DNA of 64,000 nucleotides from Myxococcota bacterium (GTDB lineage Bacteria > Myxococcota_A > UBA796 > CAJQPC01), in NCBI GenBank assembly GCA_036012755.1, contig DASCPX010000193.1, forward strand, positions 12,365 to 76,364. Direction: 5' to 3'. The position numbers were made by a program, and so were the translations under genes. Position 1 is the stretch's first letter, and every line of letters starts with the position of its first letter. The notes below the pieces were generated by a model. It did not search any database. It was not told where the DNA came from and saw only the letters and a list, made by a program, of their open reading frames with translations. Shown here in pieces: positions 49,828-59,050 of this stretch.

Positions 49828-51807
49828 GTGCTGACGCTCCTTGCCGCGTGCGCTTCCGATCCGCCACCCGTGGCGTTGACCGAGGTGCCCATCGAGCACG
49901 CCCCGATCGTGCTCGTCACCCTGGACACGACCCGCGCGGACCGGATCGGCGCCTATGGCCATGTGGCGGCTCGGACCCCGAACCTCGACGCGCTGGCCGC
50001 CAGGGGGACGCGCTTCTCCTCGGCCTGGGCGCCCGTACCGCTGACGATCCCCAGCCACTCGACGATCCTCACGGGCCTGCTCCCTCCACGCCACGGCGTC
50101 CGGGACAACGGCGACCACCGGCTCAGCGAGGACGCCACGACCCTCGCCGAGCACTTCGCCGCCGACGGCAGGCGCACCGCCGCGAGCGTGGGCGCCTTCG
50201 TGACCCAGTCACACTGGGGCTTCGGCCAGGGCTTCGATGTCTACGACGAGTCCCTCCACGTGGCCTCCGAGTCCCTGAGCTGGCACGTCGAGCGCCCAGC
50301 CAACGAGGTCGTGGCCGCGGCCGACACCAGCGCCGACTTCCTCTGGGTGCACCTCTTCGACGCCCACGCCCCCTACCTCCCCGATCCGGCCTTCGAGGAC
50401 CCCTACGACGCCGAGATCCACCGCCTCGATGTCGCCCTCGGTGTCCTGTTGTCGACCCTGCCGGCGGACGCCACCGTCGTGGTGGTCGGTGACCACGGAG
50501 AGGGCTTCGGCGAAGGCGGAGAGGACGCCCACGGCCTGCTGTTGGAGGACGGGGTCCTGCGCGTCCCCCTCATCGTCGCGGGGCCGGGCGTGCCCGTCGG
50601 CGTCGTCGAGCGACCGGTCTCCCTCGCCGACATCAGCCCGACGATCCTCCGCCTCGCCGGGCTGCCGGCGCCTGGCGACCTCGATGGCCGCGATCTCTTC
50701 GACGAGAGCGAGCGGATCGGCGTCTACAGCGAGACCCGCTATGGCCACCACCACTTCGGCTGGACCCCGCTGGAGCGCTTGACGGCAGACAGCTCGAAGC
50801 TGGTGCGCGGCGCCCGCCTGGAGGGTGACGAGACCCTGCTGGCAGAGCTCGACCGCCTCTCGTCGCTGCCGCCGGCCTTTGCCGCGGCCGAGGCGACCCT
50901 GGACCCGAGCACCGTCGAGCAGCTCCAAGCCCTGGGCTACCTCTCGGAGGGCGGCTCCGGCGCTCACTCGGGCATCGATCCGCGCGACGGCATCGAGCAG
51001 ATCGCCAAGCTCGCCGCGCTCCGGGAGCTCCCCCCTGCAGAAGCCCTCGAGGCGATGGCGGTCCTGCTTGCGGAGAACCCCGGCTGGCGTGACCTGCGCA
51101 TGCGCCGCGGCTTGTCGCTCGCCCGACTGGGCAGGACCGACGAGGCCCTGGCCGAGCTCACAGACGCCTACCGGGACGGCCCGGGCAGCACGACCGCCGT
51201 CACCATCGGGGAGCTCTGGCTGCGGCAGGGGGACCCCGCCGAGGCCCTCGGCTGGTTCCTCGAGGCCCTCACCATCGATCCTCGCTCGGCGACCGCTCGA
51301 GCGGGCCAGGCACAGTGCCTGGCCATGTCGGGACAGCTCGACGCGGCTCAGGCCGTGATCGACGAGGGCCTCGCCGAGACCCCGGACCACGCCGACCTGC
51401 TGCTCGCCGGAGCTGTCCTCGCTCTCGCCACGCACCAAGGCGAAGAGGACTGGATCGAGGCGGTCGAGGACATCGTCGCCCGCCGGCCGACCCAGGCCCG
51501 GCTGAACCACGTGCTGGGCTCGCTACACCTCCGCGCGGGTCACCCCGAGGAGGCCGAGCAGGCATTCGAGCAGGAGCTGCGGATGCAGCCTGGGAACGTC
51601 GCCGCTCGCCTCGACCTCGTGCGCCTCTACCAGGAACAGGGCCGGCTCGTCGACGTGGTGAAGGCCCTGCGACCGCTCGTCGCGCTGCAGCCAGAGGAGC
51701 CCGTGTGGCAGGCCATGACCGCCAGCGCCTACCTGGAAATGGGTCGAGCCGGCCTCGCCAAGGAGCACCTCCTGGCCTGCGCAGGCCATCCGGCCTGCCC
51801 CGAGTAG
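49828..51807 (+). CDS. sulfatase-like (alkaline-phosphatase superfamily) hydrolase/transferase fused to C-terminal TPR repeats, lipoprotein
   Basis: The start is uncertain. GTG at 49828 gives MLTLLAACASD. Blocks: VLVTLDTTRADRIGAYG, PLTIPSHSTILTGLLPPRHGVRDNG (Thr at the nucleophile position, not Cys/Ser), VVVGDHGEGFGE. About 300 aa of TPR-like helices follow. Confidence 0.75.
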   Translation: MLTLLAACASDPPPVALTEVPIEHAPIVLVTLDTTRADRIGAYGHVAARTPNLDALAARGTRFSSAWAPVPLTIPSHSTILTGLLPPRHGVRDNGDHRLSEDATTLAEHFAADGRRTAASVGAFVTQSHWGFGQGFDVYDESLHVASESLSWHVERPANEVVAAADTSADFLWVHLFDAHAPYLPDPAFEDPYDAEIHRLDVALGVLLSTLPADATVVVVGDHGEGFGEGGEDAHGLLLEDGVLRVPLIVAGPGVPVGVVERPVSLADISPTILRLAGLPAPGDLDGRDLFDESERIGVYSETRYGHHHFGWTPLERLTADSSKLVRGARLEGDETLLAELDRLSSLPPAFAAAEATLDPSTVEQLQALGYLSEGGSGAHSGIDPRDGIEQIAKLAALRELPPAEALEAMAVLLAENPGWRDLRMRRGLSLARLGRTDEALAELTDAYRDGPGSTTAVTIGELWLRQGDPAEALGWFLEALTIDPRSATARAGQAQCLAMSGQLDAAQAVIDEGLAETPDHADLLLAGAVLALATHQGEEDWIEAVEDIVARRPTQARLNHVLGSLHLRAGHPEEAEQAFEQELRMQPGNVAARLDLVRLYQEQGRLVDVVKALRPLVALQPEEPVWQAMTASAYLEMGRAGLAKEHLLACAGHPACPE

Positions 51808-51817
51808 GATCCCGACG

Positions 51818-53005
51818 ATGGCGGACCCGAGACCCTGCCCCGGCTGCAAGCGACCGAACGCACCGCATCGGCGGACCTGCCTGTACTGCGGGCACGTGAT
51901 GCCCAACCCGACCGCGCCGCCGTCTGCGAAGCGGCGGGACGTCCCGAAGAACCTCGACGCGATCTTTCGGCGAGCGATGAATCGGGGCAGCACCTCCGAG
52001 CTGAAGCAGGTCCTGGAGGACATCGAGGAGGTCGAAGTCGCCGCCCCGAGCCCCGACGACGCGCCGACGGACCCGCCTGGCGCGCTGGTGCAGAAGGAGG
52101 CGACGCCGGAGCACGAGACGACCCCAGAGGAGCTCGTCGACAGCGCCCGTTTTGAGCTCGGCGACTGGGAGGAGGACCCCGGCGGCGCCCTCCAGCGTGT
52201 CAACGCCGCCCGCACGGCGCTCCAGCGCCTCGCGAAGATCCTGGAGGCCACGCCAAGGCCTCCAGAGGTGCTCCTGCCCCCCTTCCGCCAGGCCTTCGCG
52301 CTCCTGGTCGAGACCTCCGGCGAACAGGGCGAACAGGGAGCCGTGGCGGACGCCCTGGAGCTGGATCTCCCGACCGCGCGCATGGTGGCGCTCTCCAAGC
52401 ACCCGCGGGTCGCCAGGAGAGGAAACTGCCGCGCCGAGCTGGAGCGCTTCGCCGAGCGCTGGAGAGCCGGACTCGCCCGCGCCGCGCTGGTCTTCGACGA
52501 GGAGACCCTGAGGGCCCAACCGATGGCTCGCACGGCGCTGGAGCTACCGGCGGAGGGTCCCTGGACGGCCTCTGGGGGAGCCCTGTGGCTGGACCCGGAG
52601 GGCCCCAAGCGCCCCCGTGACATCGAACCCTTCGAGGTGCGCCTGCTCGTCAGCGGCGAGGTCGTGATCAAGCGCTTCCGGATCAAGCGAGACAAGCGCG
52701 GGAACAAGGAGCTCTCGCCGAGCTCGGAGAGGCGCCTCACGGTCCTCGATCTGCACGGCGACGCCTGCGTCCTCCGGGTGGTCGAGGGGCTCACCAGGCT
52801 CACCGGCTGGGGGCTCGAGGGCCTCTCCCATCGCCAGGAGCTCAAGAGCCTCACCGAGCGGCTCGGCGACGCCGCGGAGGTGCTCGTCGCCAAGCGCATC
52901 TGCCAGCCGACCCGGAAGCCCGAAGAGGCCGAGGGCTGGGCCGAGGCTGCGGGCTGGCCCGCGTGGGAGGAACACAGCCGCGCCTGCCGACTCCTCTTCG
53001 GTTAG
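51818..53005 (+). CDS. zinc-ribbon-headed hypothetical protein
   Basis: 395 aa. The N-terminus is CPGCKRPNAPHRRTCLYCG (CxxC...CxxC). I do not recognise the remainder. Codon bias is coding-like. Confidence 0.65.
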   Translation: MADPRPCPGCKRPNAPHRRTCLYCGHVMPNPTAPPSAKRRDVPKNLDAIFRRAMNRGSTSELKQVLEDIEEVEVAAPSPDDAPTDPPGALVQKEATPEHETTPEELVDSARFELGDWEEDPGGALQRVNAARTALQRLAKILEATPRPPEVLLPPFRQAFALLVETSGEQGEQGAVADALELDLPTARMVALSKHPRVARRGNCRAELERFAERWRAGLARAALVFDEETLRAQPMARTALELPAEGPWTASGGALWLDPEGPKRPRDIEPFEVRLLVSGEVVIKRFRIKRDKRGNKELSPSSERRLTVLDLHGDACVLRVVEGLTRLTGWGLEGLSHRQELKSLTERLGDAAEVLVAKRICQPTRKPEEAEGWAEAAGWPAWEEHSRACRLLFG

Positions 53006-53014
53006 ACCCCCGGC

Positions 53015-53926
53015 ATGCTGCTGCTCCTCTTCGCCTGCCCCTCTCCCAAGCCTGACGACTCCCAGGACTCAGCCGTCGAGGCCGACGCGGACACCGACGC
53101 CGACACGGACACCGACACGGACTCGGACGCCGACGCGGACTCGGACGCCGACACGGACTCGGACACCGACACGGACACCGGGCCCTTCCACGAGACCGAC
53201 TGCTTCGACGAGGTCGACAACGACGCCGACGGTCTGCTCGACTGCGAGGACGACGACTGTGTCGATGTCTGCATCGAAGACTGCGACAACGAGATCGACG
53301 ACGACGGAGACGGAGACATCGACTGCGACGACGACGAGTGCGTCGGTGACGAGGCCTGCGACTACCGCGCCTTCGACGTCACGCTGCGCTACGACCTCGA
53401 GCGCGTGGTCGCGGTCTGGGGCCCGCTGGTGCCCTACTACTACGACGAGTACACGATCGGCCTCGGCTACGGGACCTTCAAGATCCAGGGCACGTCACCA
53501 GACCCGGACACGGCGGACACCGCGGACGAGAGCTACAGCTTCTCCTGTCGTGGGACCCTACGAGTCATATCGGATGGCATCGGCTACGACTCCGGGTACT
53601 ACAGCGGGTATGCCGGGCTGTCGGAGGACACGGGCTACTGCGCCGGCTGCGACGCGATGCTGAACCTCGATCCCGCGCTGGGCATGACGAACTTCATCGG
53701 CGACTGCCCGGTCAGCGTCCTGCCCACCAGCCAGTGGGCCTTCTTCCAAGGGGAGCGCTCCTTCTGGAACGACGTCAGCGGCAGCTGGCAGGAGCAGTAC
53801 CGTAGCAAGCTGTCCGGCGTCATCTGGGACGGCGACCCAGGCTACTACTACTACGGGGAATTCCAATACCCGCAGATGCTCACCGCCCAGACCTGGACCG
53901 GGGACTACCTCCCCTCCGATCTCTGA
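53015..53926 (+). CDS. lipoprotein with acidic D-[T/A/S] repeat linker and Cys-rich acidic module
   Basis: N-terminus MLLLLFAC (lipobox). Linker ADADTDADTDTDTDSDADADSDADTDSDTDTDT. Cys-rich module CFDEVDNDADGLLDCEDDDCVDVCIEDCDNEIDDDGDGDIDCDDDEC. The C-terminal domain is Tyr/Gly-rich. Confidence 0.8.
   Translation: MLLLLFACPSPKPDDSQDSAVEADADTDADTDTDTDSDADADSDADTDSDTDTDTGPFHETDCFDEVDNDADGLLDCEDDDCVDVCIEDCDNEIDDDGDGDIDCDDDECVGDEACDYRAFDVTLRYDLERVVAVWGPLVPYYYDEYTIGLGYGTFKIQGTSPDPDTADTADESYSFSCRGTLRVISDGIGYDSGYYSGYAGLSEDTGYCAGCDAMLNLDPALGMTNFIGDCPVSVLPTSQWAFFQGERSFWNDVSGSWQEQYRSKLSGVIWDGDPGYYYYGEFQYPQMLTAQTWTGDYLPSDL
53081..53179 (+). repeat. hexanucleotide (GAC-RCS) coding microsatellite
   Basis: About 16 units of gacacg/gacgcc/gactcg-type hexamers, read directly. 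They encode (D-T/A/S)n. Confidence 0.85.
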
Positions 53927-53935
53927 GTCGATCGC

Positions 53936-56200
53936 GTGTTCCGCGCGCTCGCCCGCCTGGTCCTCGGTCACCGCGTCCTCTCGACGTTGGTGCTGGCCGC
54001 CGTCATCGCGGTCTTCGCCGTGGGCGCGGTCGGGCTGACCGTCGACTTCTCCGCGAAGGCCTTCTACGGCACGGACAGCCCCGAGCTGGACCTGATGGAG
54101 GAGCACCAGGGCCGCTTCGGGTCCCAGGAGAACACCCTGTTGGTCCTGGTGGACGGCGGCGGAGAGACCGTGCTCACCCGAGAGCGCATCGCGGCCCTCG
54201 CGGCTCTCGGCGAGGATCTCGGCCAGAGCCCCCTGACCACAGAGGTGCGCTCGCTGGCCGACCTCACGCGGGTGTCGAGACCAGCCCCCGGCATCGTGCT
54301 CCCGGTCCCGATGATCAACGCCATCCCAAAGGACGAGGGCCGCGCCGAGGCCTGGCGGGCCGAGATCGCCAGCGACGTGAGCCTCACCCCGAGGCTGATC
54401 AGCGAAGACGGAGTCCACACGGCGATGCTCGTGGAGCTCTCTGTCGACGGCGACGACATCGACGGCGTGCGCAGCGCCGTCGTCGAGCTCGACGAGACCG
54501 TCGAGGCCCACGAAGGCAGGGCGGGCCTCAGCTTCCAGACAGCCGGCATCCCAGCGGTCCGGGGCGGCCTGATGGACGTCATCATCCGCGACCAGGTCTT
54601 CTTCGTCACCGTCAGCATGGTGCTGATCGCCATCATCCTGATCCTGCTCTTCCGCAGCGCCCACGGCCTGACCATCCCGCTCGTCGCCGCCATCGTGCCG
54701 GCGATGATGCTCTTCGGCCTGATGGGCTGGACAGACGAGCCGGTGGGGCTCATCAACAACGCCTTCGCCACGCTCCTGCCCGTCATCGCGGTCGCTGACG
54801 CGATCCACATGGTGACCCGCTTCCACGAGGAGAGGCGGAAGCTGGCCACCCCCGGCCAGGGGCTGACGAAGGCCCAGCGCAAGCAGGCGGTCATCAGGGC
54901 CATGGGCGCCATCGGCGCGGCCTGCCTCTTGACCTCGCTGACGACCGCGGTCGGCTTCCTGAGCCTGAACCTCGCGTCGATGCGAATCCTGAAGAACTTC
55001 GGCCTCTACGCCGCAGCAGGCATCGGCTTCGCCTACTTCACGGTGCTGCTCATCGTGCCCCTGTGCCTGAGCCTGGTGAAGAGCCCGGTCCGCCAGGAGC
55101 ACGGAGCCGGCCGCATCGATCTGGGGCTCTCCGCGTGCGCGCGCTTCGCCACCTCTCGACCGAAGCTGACCCTGGGGATCACCGCCGTGGTGGTCGCCGT
55201 CTTCACCGGCTTCGGAACGCAGGTCGAGGTCGACAACTGGCTCACGGGCATCCTGCCTCCCGAGAACCCGGTGACCCTCGCCAACGGCGTGCTCGACGAG
55301 CAGCTCGCGGGCATCATCGCCGTCGAGTACGCCCTGGAAGGCGACCTCCGCAGCCCGGACGGCCTCGAAGCCCTCTCCGAGGTCGCCAAGGACGTGCGCA
55401 CCCTGCCAGAGGTCCGCGCCGTAGAGAGCCCGGCCAGCGTGGTGATGGGCGCCAGCGTGCTCTTCGGAGGTCCGCCGGCGATCCCCGGTGACCAGGCCTT
55501 CGTCGAGCGCATCTTCAGAGAGGCAGACGAGGCCACCCGCGAGGTCCTCGTCGGCGAGCACGGAAGGCTCATCGTGCGCACCCGGGATGTCGGGGCCAAC
55601 GCCTTCGCCGTGCTCCAGGAGGAGATCAACGACAAGGTGATCGCGCCCTTGTCAGAGGCAGGCATCAAGGCCCGGATCACGGGCAGCGCGGTAGTCGCCT
55701 ACGCCGGTGTCAACGCGGTCACGACCGACCTCCGCAACAGCCTCGGCTTCGCCTTCGTCGTCATCGCCGTCGTGATCACCCTCTTGTTCCGCTCGCTGAG
55801 GACCGGCCTCATCTCGCTCGTCCCCAACGCCCTGCCGCTGGTCGTCGGCTACGGGACCCTGGGCCTGATGGGCTGGGACCTCGACCCCGGTCCAGCCATC
55901 GTCTTCACCGTGGCGCTCGGCATCGCGGTCGACGACTCGATCCACTTCCTCGCTCGCTTCCGCGAGGAGCGGGGAGAGGGTCGAGCCTGGACCGAGAGCA
56001 TCCACAGGTCGGTACGCCACGCTGGACGCGCGGTCTTCGTGACGACGGTGATCCTCTGCCTCGGCTTCGGCATCAACGTGTTCTCGAGCTTCCCGAGCAA
56101 CCGCATCTTCGGAGCCGTGGGGGCCATCGTGATCTTCACCGCGCTGTTGTGCGACCTCTTCGTCCTGCCCGCCCTCCTGCAGATCACGCGCCCACGGTAG
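53936..56200 (+). CDS. RND-superfamily (MMPL/HpnN-like) exporter
   Basis: 754 aa. GTG start. The layout is two halves of TM1 + periplasmic loop + 5 TM. It resembles MMPL/SSD-type transporters (PLVAAIVPAMMLFGLMGW..., LVPNALPLVVGYGTLGLMGW..., TVALGIAVDDSIHFLARF). Confidence 0.75.
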   Translation: MFRALARLVLGHRVLSTLVLAAVIAVFAVGAVGLTVDFSAKAFYGTDSPELDLMEEHQGRFGSQENTLLVLVDGGGETVLTRERIAALAALGEDLGQSPLTTEVRSLADLTRVSRPAPGIVLPVPMINAIPKDEGRAEAWRAEIASDVSLTPRLISEDGVHTAMLVELSVDGDDIDGVRSAVVELDETVEAHEGRAGLSFQTAGIPAVRGGLMDVIIRDQVFFVTVSMVLIAIILILLFRSAHGLTIPLVAAIVPAMMLFGLMGWTDEPVGLINNAFATLLPVIAVADAIHMVTRFHEERRKLATPGQGLTKAQRKQAVIRAMGAIGAACLLTSLTTAVGFLSLNLASMRILKNFGLYAAAGIGFAYFTVLLIVPLCLSLVKSPVRQEHGAGRIDLGLSACARFATSRPKLTLGITAVVVAVFTGFGTQVEVDNWLTGILPPENPVTLANGVLDEQLAGIIAVEYALEGDLRSPDGLEALSEVAKDVRTLPEVRAVESPASVVMGASVLFGGPPAIPGDQAFVERIFREADEATREVLVGEHGRLIVRTRDVGANAFAVLQEEINDKVIAPLSEAGIKARITGSAVVAYAGVNAVTTDLRNSLGFAFVVIAVVITLLFRSLRTGLISLVPNALPLVVGYGTLGLMGWDLDPGPAIVFTVALGIAVDDSIHFLARFREERGEGRAWTESIHRSVRHAGRAVFVTTVILCLGFGINVFSSFPSNRIFGAVGAIVIFTALLCDLFVLPALLQITRPR

Positions 56201-56201
56201 G

Positions 56202-57122
56202 ATGCCCGCGATGGGGCTCCTCAGACGAGATGGAGACGAGCAGACCCTGCCAGCCCGATGCGTCCTGGGCCGGTCGGCCAACGCCTCGATCCGCCTCGAC
56301 GACCCGCGGGTCAGCAGCGAGCACGCACGCATCACCTGGACCGGTCGCACCTGGGAGATCCGAGACCTCGGCAGCACAAACGGCACATGGGTCGACGGCA
56401 AGCGCCTGGAAGCCGGGGGCCAGGCCAGCCTCTACCAGGGCGTCACCCTTGGCTTCGCCGATCCCACTTGCCCCTGGCAGCTGGCGGACGCGACCGGTCC
56501 CCTCGCCTGCGCGCGGAACCTCGTCGAGGGCACCCTCCACAGCGCCGAGGACGGGCTCCTGGGCCTCCCGCCGGGTAACGAGCCACGCCTCGTGGTCTAC
56601 GAAGACACCGACGGACGCTGGGTCGGCGAGCACGACGGCGAGCCGGGATTCGTCGAGGACGGCAGCATCGTCGTGGTGGCGGGCAGCAGCTGGTGCCTCC
56701 ACCTGCCCACCGCGAACGACCTCACGATCGACTTCTCGAACGCCCCGCTGCGCCTCGATCAGCTCCAGCTCAGCTTCGCCGTGAGCTCGGACGAAGAGGA
56801 CGTCCGCATGAGCGTCGTGCACGCCCGCGGCCGCGAAGCCCTCAAGTCACGGGTCCACCACTACCTCCTGCTGGTGCTCGCCCGACACCGCATCGAGGAC
56901 GCCAAGGACGGCGTGGAGACCGGTGAACAGGGCTGGGTCTACGGCGACGATCTCTCGCGCATGCTGCGGATCGAGGAGGAGCGCCTGAACGTCCAGATCT
57001 TCCGGGCACGAAAGGAGCTCGGTGAGCTCGGCGTGGCCGGCGCCGCGGGACTCATCGAGCGGCGGAAGGGCAGCAGGAAGCTGCGCATCGGTGTGCGGGA
57101 GCTCTCGGTCGAGAGCATGTAG
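56202..57122 (+). CDS. FHA-domain protein with C-terminal winged-helix (OmpR/trans_reg_C-like) region
   Basis: FHA domain: CVLGRSANASIRLDDPRVSSEHARITWTGRTWEIRDLGSTNGTWVDGKRL. C-terminal region: ALKSRVHHYLLLVLARHR...GWVYGDDLSRML...RLNVQIFRARKELGELG...LIERRKGSRKLRIG. Confidence 0.75.
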   Translation: MPAMGLLRRDGDEQTLPARCVLGRSANASIRLDDPRVSSEHARITWTGRTWEIRDLGSTNGTWVDGKRLEAGGQASLYQGVTLGFADPTCPWQLADATGPLACARNLVEGTLHSAEDGLLGLPPGNEPRLVVYEDTDGRWVGEHDGEPGFVEDGSIVVVAGSSWCLHLPTANDLTIDFSNAPLRLDQLQLSFAVSSDEEDVRMSVVHARGREALKSRVHHYLLLVLARHRIEDAKDGVETGEQGWVYGDDLSRMLRIEEERLNVQIFRARKELGELGVAGAAGLIERRKGSRKLRIGVRELSVESM

Positions 57123-59015
57123 TCACTCGGTGACGCAGCTCTTGTTCCCGGAGCTGCAGCGAAGGTGCAGCGTCTCCCCGGTCTTCACCTCGACGGAGGG
57201 TCCGGGCACGGTGTAGCCACCCGGGAAGCTGGGGAAGAGCTGGTAGGTGCCTGCTGGCAGATCCGCGCCGCCGGAGACCCGCGTCGATCCGCCCGGCCCC
57301 CTGAGCGTGACGAACTCCGCGTCGCCGTGGATCTCGATGCGCCCGAGGGTCGCCGGGGCCTCCTCCGGGGAGGTCTCGACCGACTCCTGGGGAGGCCGGG
57401 AGACCGCTCCACCGGTGCCAGGGCGCTCCTCGGCCGGCCGTGCCTCGATGTCCTCGATGACATCCTGGACGGAGTCCGAGGGGTTCCCGTCCGGAGGCAG
57501 GGCTACCGGGATCTCCTCCACGATGTCGCCCTCTTCCACCTCTCCGAACTCGACCTCGGGGGTGCGCGGCTCGTCCTCGCCGACCTGCTCCATCACCTCC
57601 TGGAGGGTCGGCCGGACCTCCGGCTCCGCCTTCTCCTGACCCCACCAGGCGACCAGGCCAATCCCCACCAAGAGCGTCATCACGACCACGCCGATCCCGA
57701 GGAGCATCATCGGGGCTCGACTCGGCGTCTCCGCCTGCTCGACCATCGGGCGAGGGGCGGTGGCGAGCTCGCTCGGTCGCTCCGCGCTGGGTTCCTCGAG
57801 CGGCTCCACGCCAGCTTCCTCGGGCGGCCCCACGCCAGGTTCATCGGGCGACTCCTCGGCGGTCTCCGCCGCAGGCTCCTCGTCGAGATCCTCTTCGAGC
57901 TCTTCGACGACCTCTTCAGCGGTCGGCTTCGGGCGCTCGTCAGTAGGCAGCGGCGCCATCTCGGGGATGGTCAGCTCTGGTTCGGAGGTGACAGGCAGGA
58001 GCCCGTGCTCATCGACGAAGTCATCCACCGGACCGGCCATCGACTCCGCCGAGAGGTTCTCGGTCAGGACCCGACCGCACATGCTGTCGGCCTCGACCTC
58101 CCTGCCCGCGCGGACGAGCTCGCCGACCACCTTCTCTGCCCAGTCGGCCAGCGTAGGCCCGGACGCCCGGTGGCGGAGGGCCTCTATGCGGGTGGCGAGA
58201 TCACGCGGCGCCGGCCGGTCCTCGCCTTCGTAGGCCAGGGCCTCGCCGAGGATCGGCAGGATGTCCTCGCGCATGTCGGGGGCGACAGACTCCCAGGCAT
58301 CGTGCAGGCCATCACGGAGCTTGACGCGATGCTGGCGGCGGCTGGGGCGCGTGCGCCCGAAGCGCTTGCCCACGAAGAGCTCGTACAGGACGCAGCCAAG
58401 GGCGTAGACGTCGCCCGCCGGGGTGTCCTCGAAGCCATAGCGCTCTGGGGCGAGGTAGGGCAGCGAGCCCATCACGTAGGCCTGCTGGGTCTCGGCCTCG
58501 CGGCTCTCGACGTTCGCTCGAGCGACACCGAAGTCCAGGAGCTTCACGGCCCCACCCTCGGTCAGCAGGATGTTGGCGGGCTTCACGTCCCGGTGGACGA
58601 GGGCCAGCTTGGAGCCGTCGGGGCCGGTGGCCTTCGACACCGCGTGCAAGGTGCGGGCGACGCCGGAGACGATGTCCAGCGAGACGCTGGCTGGCGGCGG
58701 GCCAACCGAGCGCACGATGCGCGAGCAGTCGACGCCACGGACCAGCTCCATGACCATGGTCCAGCGGCCGTCGAGCTGGAGCAGGTCGTCGACGCGCACG
58801 ATGCCGAAGTGGTTGAGGTTCGACAGGATCCGCGCCTCGTCACGCAAGCGCTTCGCTGCGTCCTCGTTCGACGCCGCGTTCTCGTTCAGGACCTTCAGCG
58901 CGACTTCGCGCCTCAAGCCCGTGACCGTGAGCACCTCGGCCCGGTAGACGGTGCCGAAGCCACCGGATCCCAGCACCTCGAGGATGCGGTAGCGTCGGCC
59001 CTGTGCGGGTTGCAT
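57123..59015 (-). CDS. Ser/Thr protein kinase, single-pass membrane
   Basis: Hanks motifs: LGSGGFGTVYRA, ALKVL, HRDVKPANILL, DFGVAR, LPYLAPER. TM segment MMLLGIGVVVMTLLVGIGLVAWW. An acidic linker and a small C-terminal beta-rich domain follow. Its stop codon abuts the FHA gene stop. Confidence 0.9.
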   Translation of the reverse strand: MQPAQGRRYRILEVLGSGGFGTVYRAEVLTVTGLRREVALKVLNENAASNEDAAKRLRDEARILSNLNHFGIVRVDDLLQLDGRWTMVMELVRGVDCSRIVRSVGPPPASVSLDIVSGVARTLHAVSKATGPDGSKLALVHRDVKPANILLTEGGAVKLLDFGVARANVESREAETQQAYVMGSLPYLAPERYGFEDTPAGDVYALGCVLYELFVGKRFGRTRPSRRQHRVKLRDGLHDAWESVAPDMREDILPILGEALAYEGEDRPAPRDLATRIEALRHRASGPTLADWAEKVVGELVRAGREVEADSMCGRVLTENLSAESMAGPVDDFVDEHGLLPVTSEPELTIPEMAPLPTDERPKPTAEEVVEELEEDLDEEPAAETAEESPDEPGVGPPEEAGVEPLEEPSAERPSELATAPRPMVEQAETPSRAPMMLLGIGVVVMTLLVGIGLVAWWGQEKAEPEVRPTLQEVMEQVGEDEPRTPEVEFGEVEEGDIVEEIPVALPPDGNPSDSVQDVIEDIEARPAEERPGTGGAVSRPPQESVETSPEEAPATLGRIEIHGDAEFVTLRGPGGSTRVSGGADLPAGTYQLFPSFPGGYTVPGPSVEVKTGETLHLRCSSGNKSCVTE

Positions 59016-59050
59016 CCCGCGGAGGATATCCCAAAAACAGGAGCCCCCGA

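Noticed and set aside
49848-50492. The longer patatin reading (track 49135..50154) and ORF 49848..50492 as real N-terminal coding sequence.
   Set aside because: Both run through the well-supported sulfatase-like gene in other frames or on the other strand, and both translate to Arg/Pro-rich noise. The patatin core begins near 49812.
53081-53179. Regular short repeats that could be mistaken for a CRISPR array or non-coding satellite (also at 63693..63800).
   Set aside because: The period is 6 nt with no spacers. The repeats lie in frame inside lipoprotein ORFs and encode (D-T/A/S)n.
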